64,000 nucleotides of DNA from Dehalococcoidia bacterium (GCA_963662435.1 OY759598.1:1830507-1894506), one strand, 5' to 3'; shown: positions 17,906 through 28,068, numbered from the stretch's first letter. Notes: generated by a model not told the origin, from the sequence alone. A program made the numbers and translations.

Positions 17906-19318
17906 ATGGCAACAAAGCAAGAAATCGCCCTTATGGCACACCTGCTGCGACGCGCGGGATTCGGCGCCAGTCGCCAGGAGATCGAACGTCGGGCAGACGT
18001 GGGATACGACGAGACGGTAGAGTGGCTCCTCAATCCCGATGAGCAGCCGGAGGTCGACGAGTATCTCCTCTACCGCTATCACCCGGATTCCGAGCGTCCA
18101 CCGAAGGTCAATCACGCCTCGGTCAACTGGCTCTACCGCATGGTCAATTCCGAGCGTCCCCTCGAGGAGAAGGTCGGGCTCTTCTGGCACCAGGTCTTTG
18201 CCACCGGAGACAACAAGGTCGAGAGCGCGTATGAGATCAAGGAGCAGATCGGCATGTTCCGCGAGCACGGCCTCGGCAACTACCGGGACCTCCTCGTCCG
18301 TCTCGCGCAGAATCCTACGATGCTCTACTGGTTGGACAACCAGGAGAACCACAAGCGGGCGCCAAACGAGAACTGGGGTCGCGAGCTCATGGAACTCTTC
18401 TCAATGGGCATCGGCAACTATACGGAAAAGGACGTTTTCGAGGCCTCCCGCGCCTTCACGGGCTGGGCATTCGATACGAAGATACACTGGCTCCTTTGGG
18501 GACCGCACCTGTGGAATTACGAGTTCCATCCGGAGGACCACGACGGCACCGAGAAGTACTATCTCGGACACACCGGGAATTTCGACGGGTTCGATGTCAT
18601 AGAAATCATCGTGCGGCAGCCCGCGTGCCACGTTTTCATCGCGCGGCATCTCTACAACTTCTTCGTTGAGGACGAGCCGCAAGTCCCCGCCTGGCCGATC
18701 GACCCGCCGCGCAATCCCGAGGCGATAAGGACGATCTGCGAGGCGTTCGTCAAGAACGACTACGAGATCAAGCCGGTGCTGAGGACCATCTTCATGTCGG
18801 ACTTCTTCAAGGAGTCAATGTACAAGCGGGTCCTCAATCCCGCCGAGGTGGTTGCCGGCACGCTACGGATCACGGGCGCGCTGTCGGAGCCGCACCCCGA
18901 CTGGGAAGAGGTGGCCCTTGAGCCCACGTTCATGGGCCAGAGCCTCCACGATCCTCCCAGCGTCGAGGGCTGGCACACCGGCCACGAGTGGATAAACAGC
19001 GGGGCGCTCGTCCAGCGCGTGAACTTCATGTCGGACAAGTTCAGCGACACGTCCTTGCCGGGCGTCCAGGACATCATCCGGCGCGTCGCGGCGTCCAATG
19101 GCGTCGCCATGAACGCTGAAGAACTCGTGGACCACTGTCTGGACCTGATGGGCCCCATCGATGTCAGGGACAAGACCCGAAGGGAGCTCGTGGAATACGT
19201 AGAGGGCGAGGGCGGCTCCGTCTCATGGCAGTCCGCCGAGGACTTCGCCAACGCCTCTCGTGTCACCGGCAGAGTCCTGGCGCTGATATCCGGAACACGC
19301 GAGTACCAGTTCGGGTAG
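17906..19318 (+). CDS. DUF1800 family protein
   Basis: AHLLRRAGFG, LFWH..FAT, PNENWGRELMELFSMG and PPSVEGW motifs. Confidence 0.9.
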   Translation: MATKQEIALMAHLLRRAGFGASRQEIERRADVGYDETVEWLLNPDEQPEVDEYLLYRYHPDSERPPKVNHASVNWLYRMVNSERPLEEKVGLFWHQVFATGDNKVESAYEIKEQIGMFREHGLGNYRDLLVRLAQNPTMLYWLDNQENHKRAPNENWGRELMELFSMGIGNYTEKDVFEASRAFTGWAFDTKIHWLLWGPHLWNYEFHPEDHDGTEKYYLGHTGNFDGFDVIEIIVRQPACHVFIARHLYNFFVEDEPQVPAWPIDPPRNPEAIRTICEAFVKNDYEIKPVLRTIFMSDFFKESMYKRVLNPAEVVAGTLRITGALSEPHPDWEEVALEPTFMGQSLHDPPSVEGWHTGHEWINSGALVQRVNFMSDKFSDTSLPGVQDIIRRVAASNGVAMNAEELVDHCLDLMGPIDVRDKTRRELVEYVEGEGGSVSWQSAEDFANASRVTGRVLALISGTREYQFG

Positions 19319-19367
19319 GCGGACAATAGCCTCTCCCCTGTGAGGAGGAGAGGCGCGTGGCTTGCCT

Positions 19368-20549
19368 CTACGAGTGGTCCAACTCCCAGACCGGGAAGTA
19401 GAACGGGAATATCGCGTCCAGAACCTCGCCCGCTTCCCCGTCTGCCGTGATCGGGTCGGCAGCGGGGTGCGGCCCGAAGATGAGCTTCGTGAGCTGCCTT
19501 CGCGTCAGTTCGACCGCTTCTTCCGTCCTTTCGGTGGTTACCCGCGCGTCTCCCCCGCTGAGGCGGATGGTGACCGTCTCGCCGTCATCGGTACAGACCA
19601 AACATACCGTGCCCTCAACGCCCGCCGCGCTCCGCTCCCGAAGATGACCCGTTATCTTGCTTATAAGACTCCCCAGAGAGTTCACGCGCATCATCTGGAA
19701 CCCGATGTCCGACTCCGTGTCCAGCACCGACGTGCCCGGCTTGCGGACCTCCAGCACGTCCCCGAACACAGTAGGCTGAAGGGGCACGACCGCGTGGGCG
19801 GAGTCGTCTTTGGCCCTCAGGGCAAGGGCCTGGTGGAATAGCGCCTCCAGGGCAGCGGCCTCGCCGCCTCCCTCCACGAAACCCGGCTTGTTCGACGCTC
19901 GCGTGAGCGCGAGGTAGGCGACGATGCGCCCGTCGTCCTCAGCCAGCAGCGTGCTCATCTTGTGCAGGTTGATGAGGTGTGCGTACTCCTCCCGCGTTCG
20001 GCCAATCCTCAGTGGCTCGGCGTCGTGGATCGCGATGATCGCGTCGAGGTGATCGGGATTGTTCGGGTTGTAGAGCGATATGTCGTAAGAGCCTCGCCGG
20101 AAGAGGTCGATGTCGCTCGGGTGAAGCAAATACCCCCGCGCCTGCGGCCCGACGGCCTCGTAGCCTGAGTGCTGGTAGAACGGGAATGTCGCCTCTCGCG
20201 TCCAGAGGACGGAGACGGGCCAGTCGTTCTCGTTCATGATCCGCAGGCAGTCTCGGAGACACCGCGTGCCGTGTCCGCGGTGACGGTAGTCGGGGTGCGT
20301 GCCGGTGGGACTTATAATGCCCACGGTCATGCGGTCGTCGTTGACGATCACCTCGCGGGGGGCGACCGGAACGTGAGCGACGACTTTTCCGTCCTCCTTG
20401 ACGAGCCGCATGAATTCGAATCTCGACGGTGTGAAGACGTGAGGATAGTCGGTCTGCAGCTTCTGGTCGGAGCCCGGCCTGAAGATGCTGTTGAGGAGCG
20501 CCATCGTCTCCTCGAAGTCCTCCTGTGTACACGCCTGCGGGCCTTCCAT
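19368..20549 (-). CDS. GNAT N-acetyltransferase (Eis-like, with C-terminal SCP2-like region)
   Basis: THPDYRHRGHG acetyl-CoA motif and FYQHSGY. ATG at 20549 after GGAGG. Confidence 0.8.
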   Translation of the reverse strand: MEGPQACTQEDFEETMALLNSIFRPGSDQKLQTDYPHVFTPSRFEFMRLVKEDGKVVAHVPVAPREVIVNDDRMTVGIISPTGTHPDYRHRGHGTRCLRDCLRIMNENDWPVSVLWTREATFPFYQHSGYEAVGPQARGYLLHPSDIDLFRRGSYDISLYNPNNPDHLDAIIAIHDAEPLRIGRTREEYAHLINLHKMSTLLAEDDGRIVAYLALTRASNKPGFVEGGGEAAALEALFHQALALRAKDDSAHAVVPLQPTVFGDVLEVRKPGTSVLDTESDIGFQMMRVNSLGSLISKITGHLRERSAAGVEGTVCLVCTDDGETVTIRLSGGDARVTTERTEEAVELTRRQLTKLIFGPHPAADPITADGEAGEVLDAIFPFYFPVWELDHS

Positions 20550-20726
20550 GCATTCCCTCCGTGAAGTCTGGTATTGAGAGCCTCGATGGTAAAGGAACGT
20601 TGGAGGGTTGTCACCCGGTCGTTTCCTACCTCGTGGGCCACTCGCGATTCGCCACTGCAGCGAAAGGAGACATTTACGTAGCTGGTCATTGGAAGGAATT
20701 TCGGAGGCGGGACGCCCAATGGAATC

Positions 20727-21034
20727 GGGCATTCTACCCTTACCCCAACCCTCTCCCGCGAACGGGAGAGGGGGTCTACATTCACCAGAACGCAACCCCG
20801 GCACTCTCATGCTGAGCGGAGCGCAGCAAAGTCGAAGAATCTACGGTGTCTGTCACAAGGTAAGGCCTCCATAGGGCATTCTTACGCCGCTTCCACTCTT
20901 GGTCACGATAGAAGCGCGGCACTGGCTGTCCGGTCTTGCGTTTATGGATTCTAGATTCCTCGTTGCACTCGGAATGACAGAGAAATGGGGCCAGATCATA
21001 GCTACAGAACCATTTTACCTACCCCTATCAGCCC
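20727..21034. mobile_element. Composite MITE-like element, copy 4 (left end degenerate)
   Basis: Collinear with copy 1. Ends TTTTACCTACCCCTATCAGCCC. Confidence 0.7.
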
Positions 21035-21139
21035 GTGGACGGGAGAGGGGATAAAGCGAAGGTCTCCGAAAAAGGGAGTCCAACGTGTCACAGCAACAGC
21101 AGGTTCCCACACCATGAATGTCGGACGACTCGCCTACAG

Positions 21140-21209
21140 AAAAGAAAAGACAGCCGGACATCCCTGTCCCGGTTGGCCGTTGCCGGGACTCTTGGAACAT
21201 CCGACTGCC
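21140..21209 (-). terminator. Long hairpin plus U-tract (intrinsic terminator-like)
   Basis: 16-bp outer stem GGCAGTCGGATGTTCC/GGGATGTCCGGCTGTC enclosing an inner stem, followed by TTTTCTTTT on the minus strand. Confidence 0.65.
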
Positions 21210-21272
21210 TTTCAGGGCTTCGACCCGGCGCGACAACCCAGTCGAGCTGCCGTGTTCAGGTTTCAGCCATAC

Positions 21273-21308
21273 CTAGGTGAGGGTCACCCCTCGATATTCA
21301 ATTGTCAT
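21273..21308 (-). other. Candidate 11-aa small ORF (MTIEYRGVTLT)
   Basis: AAAGGAGG five nt upstream of the ATG, extended -10 TGGTATAGT near 21388-21396, terminator downstream. Confidence 0.4.
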
Positions 21309-21551
21309 CTGTGCCTCCTTTCGTCTCACCGTGCGAGTGGATTCCTTCCGGAGAAGATCACACGGCCCATCCATCGACGGATGGCTAACTATACCATAAT
21401 GGAGTAGTTTTGTGTAGTCATGCTGCCTTTATATTGGCGGAAAGAGTTGCACGGCACTCCCTACCCTCGCGCGGCATGTCGCAAGCTGCCAATCCCCTCC
21501 CCGTGATATGCTTGCCCCGACAATTCATGGCCATTGTAGAGGAGGCAGCGA

Positions 21552-22361
21552 ATGAGAATTCCCATCACCATGTGTCACGGCATCCGGGACGACGGGGAGA
21601 AGCCCCTGCCGGTCGAGCGCCTCGACGCGCTGATGCGCGTGGCGAGCGAGATGGGATTTTCGTCCATCACCTACGACCAATATGCCGACTGGCGCTCCGG
21701 CAACGGCACGCTGCCGGAGCGGCCGGTCCTGATCGATTTCGACCACCCGATCAAGAACATGCGCTACGAGACGCACGACACGCTGGCCAAGTACGGCTTC
21801 GTCGGGAACCTCTTCATGTACACCAAGCCCTATGACCCCGACTACGATCGCGACCTGCCTTGGCCCAACGAGCCTGACGAGCACATGACCTGGGACGAGG
21901 TGGGTGAGTTGCGCGAGCTTGGCTGGTCCATCGGGGCGCACACGGTCAGCCACCCGAACCTGTCGGACCTGAGCCAGGAGGACCCGGACGGCGAGCGCAT
22001 GCGTACGGAATTGGACCGTTGCATCGAGTTCATCGAGCGGAATCTCGGCTTCCGGCCGAAGGACTTCGCGTTCACGGGCACGAGCTGGAGCAGTATTGCC
22101 GAGGCAGAGGTCAAGAAACGATTTCGGTTCGGGAGGCTCTGGATCATCGGGACGGAGTACAAGGCCGACGGGCGCATCATCCGATATGCGGACCTCGTCG
22201 GCGTTCCGGGCGAGGACGAGGCCGACGGCGGGCCGCCCATGGCCGCGCGTTACGCCACCAAAGAGACTGACCCGTACAGGATCCCGTCTGTGGAGATCCA
22301 GGCCCTCATCCACGAACCCGACGAGTTCCGCCGCTACCTCGAAGGCGCATTGGAGGTGTGA
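21552..22361 (+). CDS. Polysaccharide deacetylase (NodB-like) family protein
   Basis: ITMCHG, VLIDFDH, MTWDEV.EL and IGAHTVSHP motifs. Confidence 0.8.
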   Translation: MRIPITMCHGIRDDGEKPLPVERLDALMRVASEMGFSSITYDQYADWRSGNGTLPERPVLIDFDHPIKNMRYETHDTLAKYGFVGNLFMYTKPYDPDYDRDLPWPNEPDEHMTWDEVGELRELGWSIGAHTVSHPNLSDLSQEDPDGERMRTELDRCIEFIERNLGFRPKDFAFTGTSWSSIAEAEVKKRFRFGRLWIIGTEYKADGRIIRYADLVGVPGEDEADGGPPMAARYATKETDPYRIPSVEIQALIHEPDEFRRYLEGALEV

Positions 22362-22506
22362 GCACCCACTCACTGTCGACCTTGGTGAATTGGTGGGGGC
22401 ACACAAGGCACTAGACAAATGGTGAAGCCCCCTCTCCCGTCGTGGGAGAGGGCTGGGGTGAGGGTAATGCCCCCGCCGCGGAAGAGATACCAAGCAGGGC
22501 TGAGGG

Positions 22507-23397
22507 CTAGTTCACCTCAACCCCGACGCTTCGGGCGACGGAGCGGACGTACTGCTGCCCGACGATGGTGTCCTCGTACTCGAAGTGCTCGACGTGCATC
22601 GTGATGTCCTGGGGGAGCTCGCCCAGGCGCTTCATGATCGTATGGTAGTCCATGACTCCCGTGCCGGGCACGGCCTCGTCGATGTGGACGATGGGGTTGC
22701 CTTTCTCGGCCTGGGCCCCGCCCCCGATGCCGCCTCCTGCGATCTTCACGTCCTTGGCGTGGACTGACGCGATGTGCTCGCCGAGCACGTCGAAGGCGTG
22801 GTTCACGAGGTTGGTCGTGCGATAGTACATATACGGCTCGCACATGTTGACGAGGTCGAGGAGAATCTTCAGCCGGGGCGATCCGACGGAGTCGAGCAGG
22901 TCTTTGCATCGCTCGACCGACTTTAGCGGCGTGAAGTAGAGGGGGTGTGCGGCAACGTCCATTCCCTCGCGCTCCGCAACTTCCGCGAGTTCCGCGACCG
23001 CGGCGACGCGCTGCTTCCATGTCTCCTCCGACCAGATGTCCGGTGAGGCCCATCCGAACTCCTTGCCCCAGCCGAAGCCGACGCACTGCGCGTCGAGTAT
23101 CGCCGAGATGTGAATCTGGTAGGAGTAGCTTTCAAGAGCCAGCTTGTGCAGTGCCGGTTCATGAAAGCCCAGGTGTCGTCCCTGGTAGAACGGAATGACC
23201 TCGCCGATGCGAAGACCGTTGTCGTCCAGCCATGCTTTGGCCTCGCGAGCTTCATCGTCGCTCCAATCAGGAAACGCCTTCACCGAAACCGTATCGACAT
23301 CCATTACCGCCGCCCGTTTGAGGAGCAGCGCCCTGCCCTCGGCTCCATCGTCTCCAAGCCGGAGCAGGTCTCCAATTGGTGGACTCATGCGCAACAT
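22507..23397 (-). CDS. Sugar phosphate isomerase/epimerase (xylose isomerase-like TIM barrel)
   Basis: LLDLVN, SVHAKD, PGTGVMDY and VEH motifs. Confidence 0.8.
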   Translation of the reverse strand: MLRMSPPIGDLLRLGDDGAEGRALLLKRAAVMDVDTVSVKAFPDWSDDEAREAKAWLDDNGLRIGEVIPFYQGRHLGFHEPALHKLALESYSYQIHISAILDAQCVGFGWGKEFGWASPDIWSEETWKQRVAAVAELAEVAEREGMDVAAHPLYFTPLKSVERCKDLLDSVGSPRLKILLDLVNMCEPYMYYRTTNLVNHAFDVLGEHIASVHAKDVKIAGGGIGGGAQAEKGNPIVHIDEAVPGTGVMDYHTIMKRLGELPQDITMHVEHFEYEDTIVGQQYVRSVARSVGVEVN

Positions 23398-23507
23398 CGT
23401 GGGGCCTCCTTTGCTCTTCTAAAGACTCCCTATCATTCCAACGAGTATCCTACGACATTCTGCTGCCGGTCGCCGCTCCACTGTTGGGCGGCCCTCAACT
23501 TTGGCGT

Positions 23508-24692
23508 TCAGAATGTGACCGTGACACTACCGAAACTCGGGTCCTCGACGTAACGGTCTTTCATCATCCTCTTCGCCTCGGACGCAGTTAAGACGGCCTG
23601 ACTTGCCACCAACTGGCTCACTTCGACCACGCTCACATCCTTCATCGCCCTGTTCACCAGAATGCCGACAACCAGTCCGGTTATGAGGGCTACTCCCGCC
23701 GGACCACCCGCAATGCCAACGACAGAGACGGCTCCAATCGTTGCTCCGGCTCCGACGACGCCCTTGAACTGGCCATCCACGAATTCCGTGTAATCTCCGG
23801 ATTGACGGGCCAGCTGGAACGCCCTCGCCATTGCCACAACGGTCAGGATGAGGAGTAGAGGGTTCGCTGAGAATACGGCGGAGAGCCCCATGCCACCGGC
23901 AAGTTTAGCGAAGGTCTCCGTGTCCGCGCGATTCCAATTAAATACCAGGGCGACCGAGCCCACTGCGGCGCCGAGCAGATCGGCAGCGTCGTAGGTATTG
24001 AGGTCGTAGAACCAGCTCTTTGGTATATGAAAGTTGGACTCGAGGGACTCGGCGACCTTTTGATAGGTCTCGTAGTCCCAGTTCGCGAGCGGGAGTCCCC
24101 TCGGCGTGCTCACGTCCCTGAGAAGTCCCTGAATCGTCCCCAGGGCTTCTTGGATGACATTGTCATCGGGTGACGCTGCGTGCCCTGCCCTGAACGCTCC
24201 GATGATGGTGTGCCCGCCATCGAACAGGCGGTGATGACCGCCGCCGATGTGCGTGGCTATGAACTCGGCGTCCATCGCCTTGTCATAGATGGTCGCGCTG
24301 CCACTGACCATATTCTGCAGAAGGCCGTTTATTTCTGCGGTCAGGCTATTGGCCAGCATCGCCTGGGTGGTAGAGAGCAGTAGGTTGACGGCCGAGGTCG
24401 TTGTATTAGCCCCCTTCCTGGAGTCACCCTTCAGGCGTTCCGCTGCTGCCGTCCCTGCGACGGACGCCTTTTGGGAGGCGTCCTGTACGGGTCCCCTAAC
24501 CGAGGCCGCGGCGTCGGCGATCTTCGTAGAGTAAGTCTTTGACCCTTCAACGACTTTCGAGGTAGCAGCATCGCCGACCTTCCTCGATTTGTCCGTTACC
24601 CGACCGGCCTTACGGGCCGTCGAGTCTCGCAGCTCATCCGAGACATCGCGAGCCTTGTCCTTGAGTCTTCTGAGCCTGTCCTGCTTCTTCAT
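23508..24692 (-). CDS. Hypothetical membrane-associated protein
   Basis: 394-aa ORF with a charged amphipathic N-terminus, GGGHHRLFDGGHT motif and Gly-rich hydrophobic C-terminal helices. Confidence 0.7.
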   Translation of the reverse strand: MKKQDRLRRLKDKARDVSDELRDSTARKAGRVTDKSRKVGDAATSKVVEGSKTYSTKIADAAASVRGPVQDASQKASVAGTAAAERLKGDSRKGANTTTSAVNLLLSTTQAMLANSLTAEINGLLQNMVSGSATIYDKAMDAEFIATHIGGGHHRLFDGGHTIIGAFRAGHAASPDDNVIQEALGTIQGLLRDVSTPRGLPLANWDYETYQKVAESLESNFHIPKSWFYDLNTYDAADLLGAAVGSVALVFNWNRADTETFAKLAGGMGLSAVFSANPLLLILTVVAMARAFQLARQSGDYTEFVDGQFKGVVGAGATIGAVSVVGIAGGPAGVALITGLVVGILVNRAMKDVSVVEVSQLVASQAVLTASEAKRMMKDRYVEDPSFGSVTVTF

Positions 24693-24721
24693 CTTGTAAT
24701 TCTAAGCCGCTCCTTCCGGAC

Positions 24722-25906
24722 TCAAGCCTCCCAGCGGGTGGAGGCGCAGTGGGTGATGCCGTCCTCGAGCGTGATGTAGTACAACGATAATATCGTCCCG
24801 TCCTCGAGCTGAGTCGAGATCGAGTAGCCCAGATCCGGGCGGGCGTTTTCCGATGGATAGCTTCCTCGGATCACGGCAGAGGCCACTCGTTTTCGGAATT
24901 CCGCTCCAGAGAGGCGGAGCGACTCGAGGTCGGGAGGGTCGGAAATGGCCATGGACTGAGTCGGGGTGCCGCCGTCCTCTCGCAGGATGACGGTGTCTGC
25001 CGTGTCCCACGTTTCGCCGCCATCGCTGCTGAGAACCGCGCGGATGCCCATCGGCGCCCGGCGGTAGCCGTAGGTGCACAGGATGCGCCCGTCCTGGAGT
25101 TTCAGGAGGTGGGGCGGAGAGTGAGGCCCCCAGATGTCGGTCAACAGCGGTTCCGACCAGTTTCGGCCTCCGTCGTCCGACCACATCTGGGTGAAATAGC
25201 CACTTGCGTTGCGGGAGAGCGCCAGCACTCGCCCCGGTTCGACCTCCACGAATGCCGACTCGTTGATGTTCATGTCCTTCGATTGGTTGCCAAGCGGGAG
25301 GAGCCGCCAGCCCTTCTTGCCATCGGGGCCTGAGCGCCAGACCATGCTCCGCCCGTTGCCGTCCGTGTCGACGCCGTAGACCGGCACGACTACCGTGCCG
25401 TCTTCCAACATAGTCCCACGCGAGAACGCTATCGCATGCTGGAATCCGGGCAGTTTCCACTCCTTGCGGTCCCATGTCCGGCCCTTGTCTTCGGAGTACT
25501 GGACGAACAGCTTTGTTTCTCGGACCGCAATCTTTCCCTCCAGCCACGGGTGGGGCAACACCCGCATGCCCGCCGCCTCCGCCTCACCGCGGCGGCCCTC
25601 GTCCCAGACCGCCGACCCCGTGGAGCCGGCGCAGAGGTATGTTCCGTCATTCAGGATGACGTTGGTCCTGTCGGAGTACTCGCGTGTGGTAGGCGCGGGC
25701 CAGTTGTGTGGGATCGCCGGATCGACGGACGGCGACCAGGTCCTTCCACCATCTTCCGAGGCGAGCACGGTCCAATCGCCGATCACGTGGTGGTCGCGCT
25801 TGTACGACATCGAAAAGCTCGCGGCGATTCGACCGTCCTTGAGGTGGTCGAGCTGCGGGAACGCGGCGTACACGCCGTCGCGTTTGTAGATTACGTGGTG
25901 CTCCAC
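24722..25906 (-). CDS. BNR/Asp-box sialidase-like beta-propeller protein
   Basis: Repeated Asp boxes SEDGGRTW, SEDKGRTW, SDDGGRNW and SSDGGETW. GTG start after AGAGGAG. Confidence 0.85.
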   Translation of the reverse strand: MEHHVIYKRDGVYAAFPQLDHLKDGRIAASFSMSYKRDHHVIGDWTVLASEDGGRTWSPSVDPAIPHNWPAPTTREYSDRTNVILNDGTYLCAGSTGSAVWDEGRRGEAEAAGMRVLPHPWLEGKIAVRETKLFVQYSEDKGRTWDRKEWKLPGFQHAIAFSRGTMLEDGTVVVPVYGVDTDGNGRSMVWRSGPDGKKGWRLLPLGNQSKDMNINESAFVEVEPGRVLALSRNASGYFTQMWSDDGGRNWSEPLLTDIWGPHSPPHLLKLQDGRILCTYGYRRAPMGIRAVLSSDGGETWDTADTVILREDGGTPTQSMAISDPPDLESLRLSGAEFRKRVASAVIRGSYPSENARPDLGYSISTQLEDGTILSLYYITLEDGITHCASTRWEA

Positions 25907-25941
25907 TGTTTCTCCTCTTTACGGCGTAGTGGCTCGACCGT

Positions 25942-26922
25942 TCACCCTTCGACAGGCTCAGGGCGAACGGACGAATTCTCGCCTTCGAAATATCGTCTCG
26001 GATTGTCTACCGTCAGTTTCCTTATGTCGTCGTCGCTCGCGCCGAGTGACCTCAGCAGCGGCAACACCTTGCGGGTGATGAACAGCCAGCGGTCGGGGTT
26101 CTGCGCGTCCCTTGCCGCCCTGTCTTCCGGAGAGGACAGGCCAATGGTCGAGTCCCAGTCGTGCGCGATCAGCATGCGGTGGCCCCAGCCGGAGTCAATC
26201 AGCTGCTTGAGCACGACTGTACGCTCCTGCCACGACGACCCCATGAGACCGGCCAGCTTGTGTCTGTCCATGCCGAGCCAGTAGCCGCGTCGTAGCAGCC
26301 CTGTCAGGTATCCGAGATCGGTGGTGTCGTTGCTGTGTCCGATGCAGACACGGTCGGGGTCGACTCCCTCGTCTTCGAACACGGCAGCCTGCTGCTCTCC
26401 GATGTTCTCCGGGGCCCAGGTGTGGGTCATGATCGGCGTATTGGTCCTCATGGAGGCGCGGGCAGCCGCACGAAGCACGCGCTCCTGGCCCGGCGTGACG
26501 CCGCCCCTGTCGCTGGCGCACTTGATGATGCCTGCCCTGATGCCTGTGCCCTCTATACCCTCGCTGATTTCCCGCGCGTAGAAGTCGGCTATCTTGTCGA
26601 TGGGGACCATCTCGAACAGGTGCGGCATGTCGAGCCAAGTGCCGGTCGACACGATGATGTTGACTCCCGATTTCTTCGATACCTCAGCCTGCAGCCGCAC
26701 GTCGCGGGCCTGGTCGTATGGCGCGACATCGACAATGGTGTCCACTCCCCCGAGTTTCGCGTCGGTCAGGTCACGAACTGCTCGCTCAAGCGTGGCGTAC
26801 CGGTCGAGGAATTCGGGGATTGCATGCGAACCACTGAATCCAATGGACACGTGCTCGTGACTCAGGGTGAAACCGAGCTCAGTCGTATCGACGGGCCCCG
26901 TCGCGGTCTCGACTGTCGGCAT
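25942..26922 (-). CDS. Phosphotriesterase-like lactonase family protein
   Basis: VETATGP, SHEH, GIIKCAS (bridging Lys), THT, IGHS and AHD motifs. Confidence 0.88.
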   Translation of the reverse strand: MPTVETATGPVDTTELGFTLSHEHVSIGFSGSHAIPEFLDRYATLERAVRDLTDAKLGGVDTIVDVAPYDQARDVRLQAEVSKKSGVNIIVSTGTWLDMPHLFEMVPIDKIADFYAREISEGIEGTGIRAGIIKCASDRGGVTPGQERVLRAAARASMRTNTPIMTHTWAPENIGEQQAAVFEDEGVDPDRVCIGHSNDTTDLGYLTGLLRRGYWLGMDRHKLAGLMGSSWQERTVVLKQLIDSGWGHRMLIAHDWDSTIGLSSPEDRAARDAQNPDRWLFITRKVLPLLRSLGASDDDIRKLTVDNPRRYFEGENSSVRPEPVEG

Positions 26923-27026
26923 AGCGGCGCTCCAGGTGAATGCGGCGTCGGGAACGTATCACCAAGCTTTCGCATTCGTCAATGAAGGAGTCGAGAGGTA
27001 ATTGTTCAGTCTTGGTGAGTTGAATC

Positions 27027-27148
27027 GCGATGACCCCCTCTCTGTATTTCTCCCCCGGCGGGGGAGAAATTATAGATTCTTCGTCGCTGCGCTCCTCAGA
27101 GTGACAGCGAGAGAACAATTCGTGCAATCTCACCAACTCTAAACAGAT
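27027..27148. repeat. Composite palindromic repeat (~120 bp), copy A
   Basis: CCCCCTCTCTGT..TCCCC..GGGGGAGA plus AGATTCTTCGTCGCTGCGC.CCTCAGA plus ACAATTC.TGCA...AACAG. Collinear with 56117-56234. Confidence 0.75.
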
Positions 27149-27312
27149 GCGGCGAGCGGTGCTCACACCCGAGGGAGTCCGTTGCAGCATCGTGCCACGA
27201 CCCAGCTCATGGGGAGGTCATTGGCAACCCCAGTTAGCGTTTGACGCGCTTCTTCGGCGGCGCATATAATCGCCACGCCCTCAAGCAGGAATCAAAGGAG
27301 ACACACCAACCA

Positions 27313-28068
27313 ATGACGGAACTGCGCAAGAACAAAGCGAAAAATATCCTGGAAGCAGGCGGCGTCGCCACGGTCGCCATGGGCAACATGAGCGGAGACA
27401 TTATCGAATTTCTCGGGCCTTTGGGCTTCGACGGCATGTGGATCGAGGCTGAGCACGGCCCGTTCGACTTCCAGGACATTCCCAACCTCACCCGGGCCTG
27501 CGACCTGTGGGGGATGACCTCCGTTGTAAGGGTTCATCTCAATATGCAGGGACTGATCTACCGAACGCTCGACCTCGGAGCGCAGGCAGTCGTGGTCCCG
27601 CATATCAACACGGCGGAGGAGGCGCAGAACGTCGCGGACGGCGGCAAGTTCCATCCCATCGGCAAGCGCGGCATGGCCACGAGTCGCCAGGGCATCGGAG
27701 TGGACGACTACTACAATAAGGCCAACGACGAGACGCTGATGATCGTCCTCATCGAGGACATCATCGCCATTGAGAATATCGAGGAAGTCGTCAAGGTCGA
27801 CGGCATCGACGTGTTCTTCATTGCCAACGGCGACCTCTCCCAGAGCATGGGCCTCATCGGCCAGCACCGTCACCCGGACGTCCTCGCCGCCGCCGACAGG
27901 GGGTACGAGGCCATCCTGGGGGCGGGCAAGCACGCGGGCGCGCTCGTGAGCGACGACAATCTCGATTACTACCTCGAACGGAAAATCCGCTTCCTCAGCA
28001 CGCCGTGGACGCAGTGGGTCGGTGCGCCCGCCAAGTCGTTCCTCGACAGATGCGAGAAGGCGTCCTGA
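27313..28068 (+). CDS. HpcH/HpaI aldolase family protein
   Basis: GFDGMWIEAEH, LDLGAQAVVVPH, PIGKRG and GDLSQSMG motifs. Confidence 0.9.
   Translation: MTELRKNKAKNILEAGGVATVAMGNMSGDIIEFLGPLGFDGMWIEAEHGPFDFQDIPNLTRACDLWGMTSVVRVHLNMQGLIYRTLDLGAQAVVVPHINTAEEAQNVADGGKFHPIGKRGMATSRQGIGVDDYYNKANDETLMIVLIEDIIAIENIEEVVKVDGIDVFFIANGDLSQSMGLIGQHRHPDVLAAADRGYEAILGAGKHAGALVSDDNLDYYLERKIRFLSTPWTQWVGAPAKSFLDRCEKAS

Noticed and set aside
20550..20810. N-terminal extension of the GNAT ORF
   Set aside because: It starts inside a repeat element (translates as PLPFAGEGWG). The RBS supports ATG 20549.
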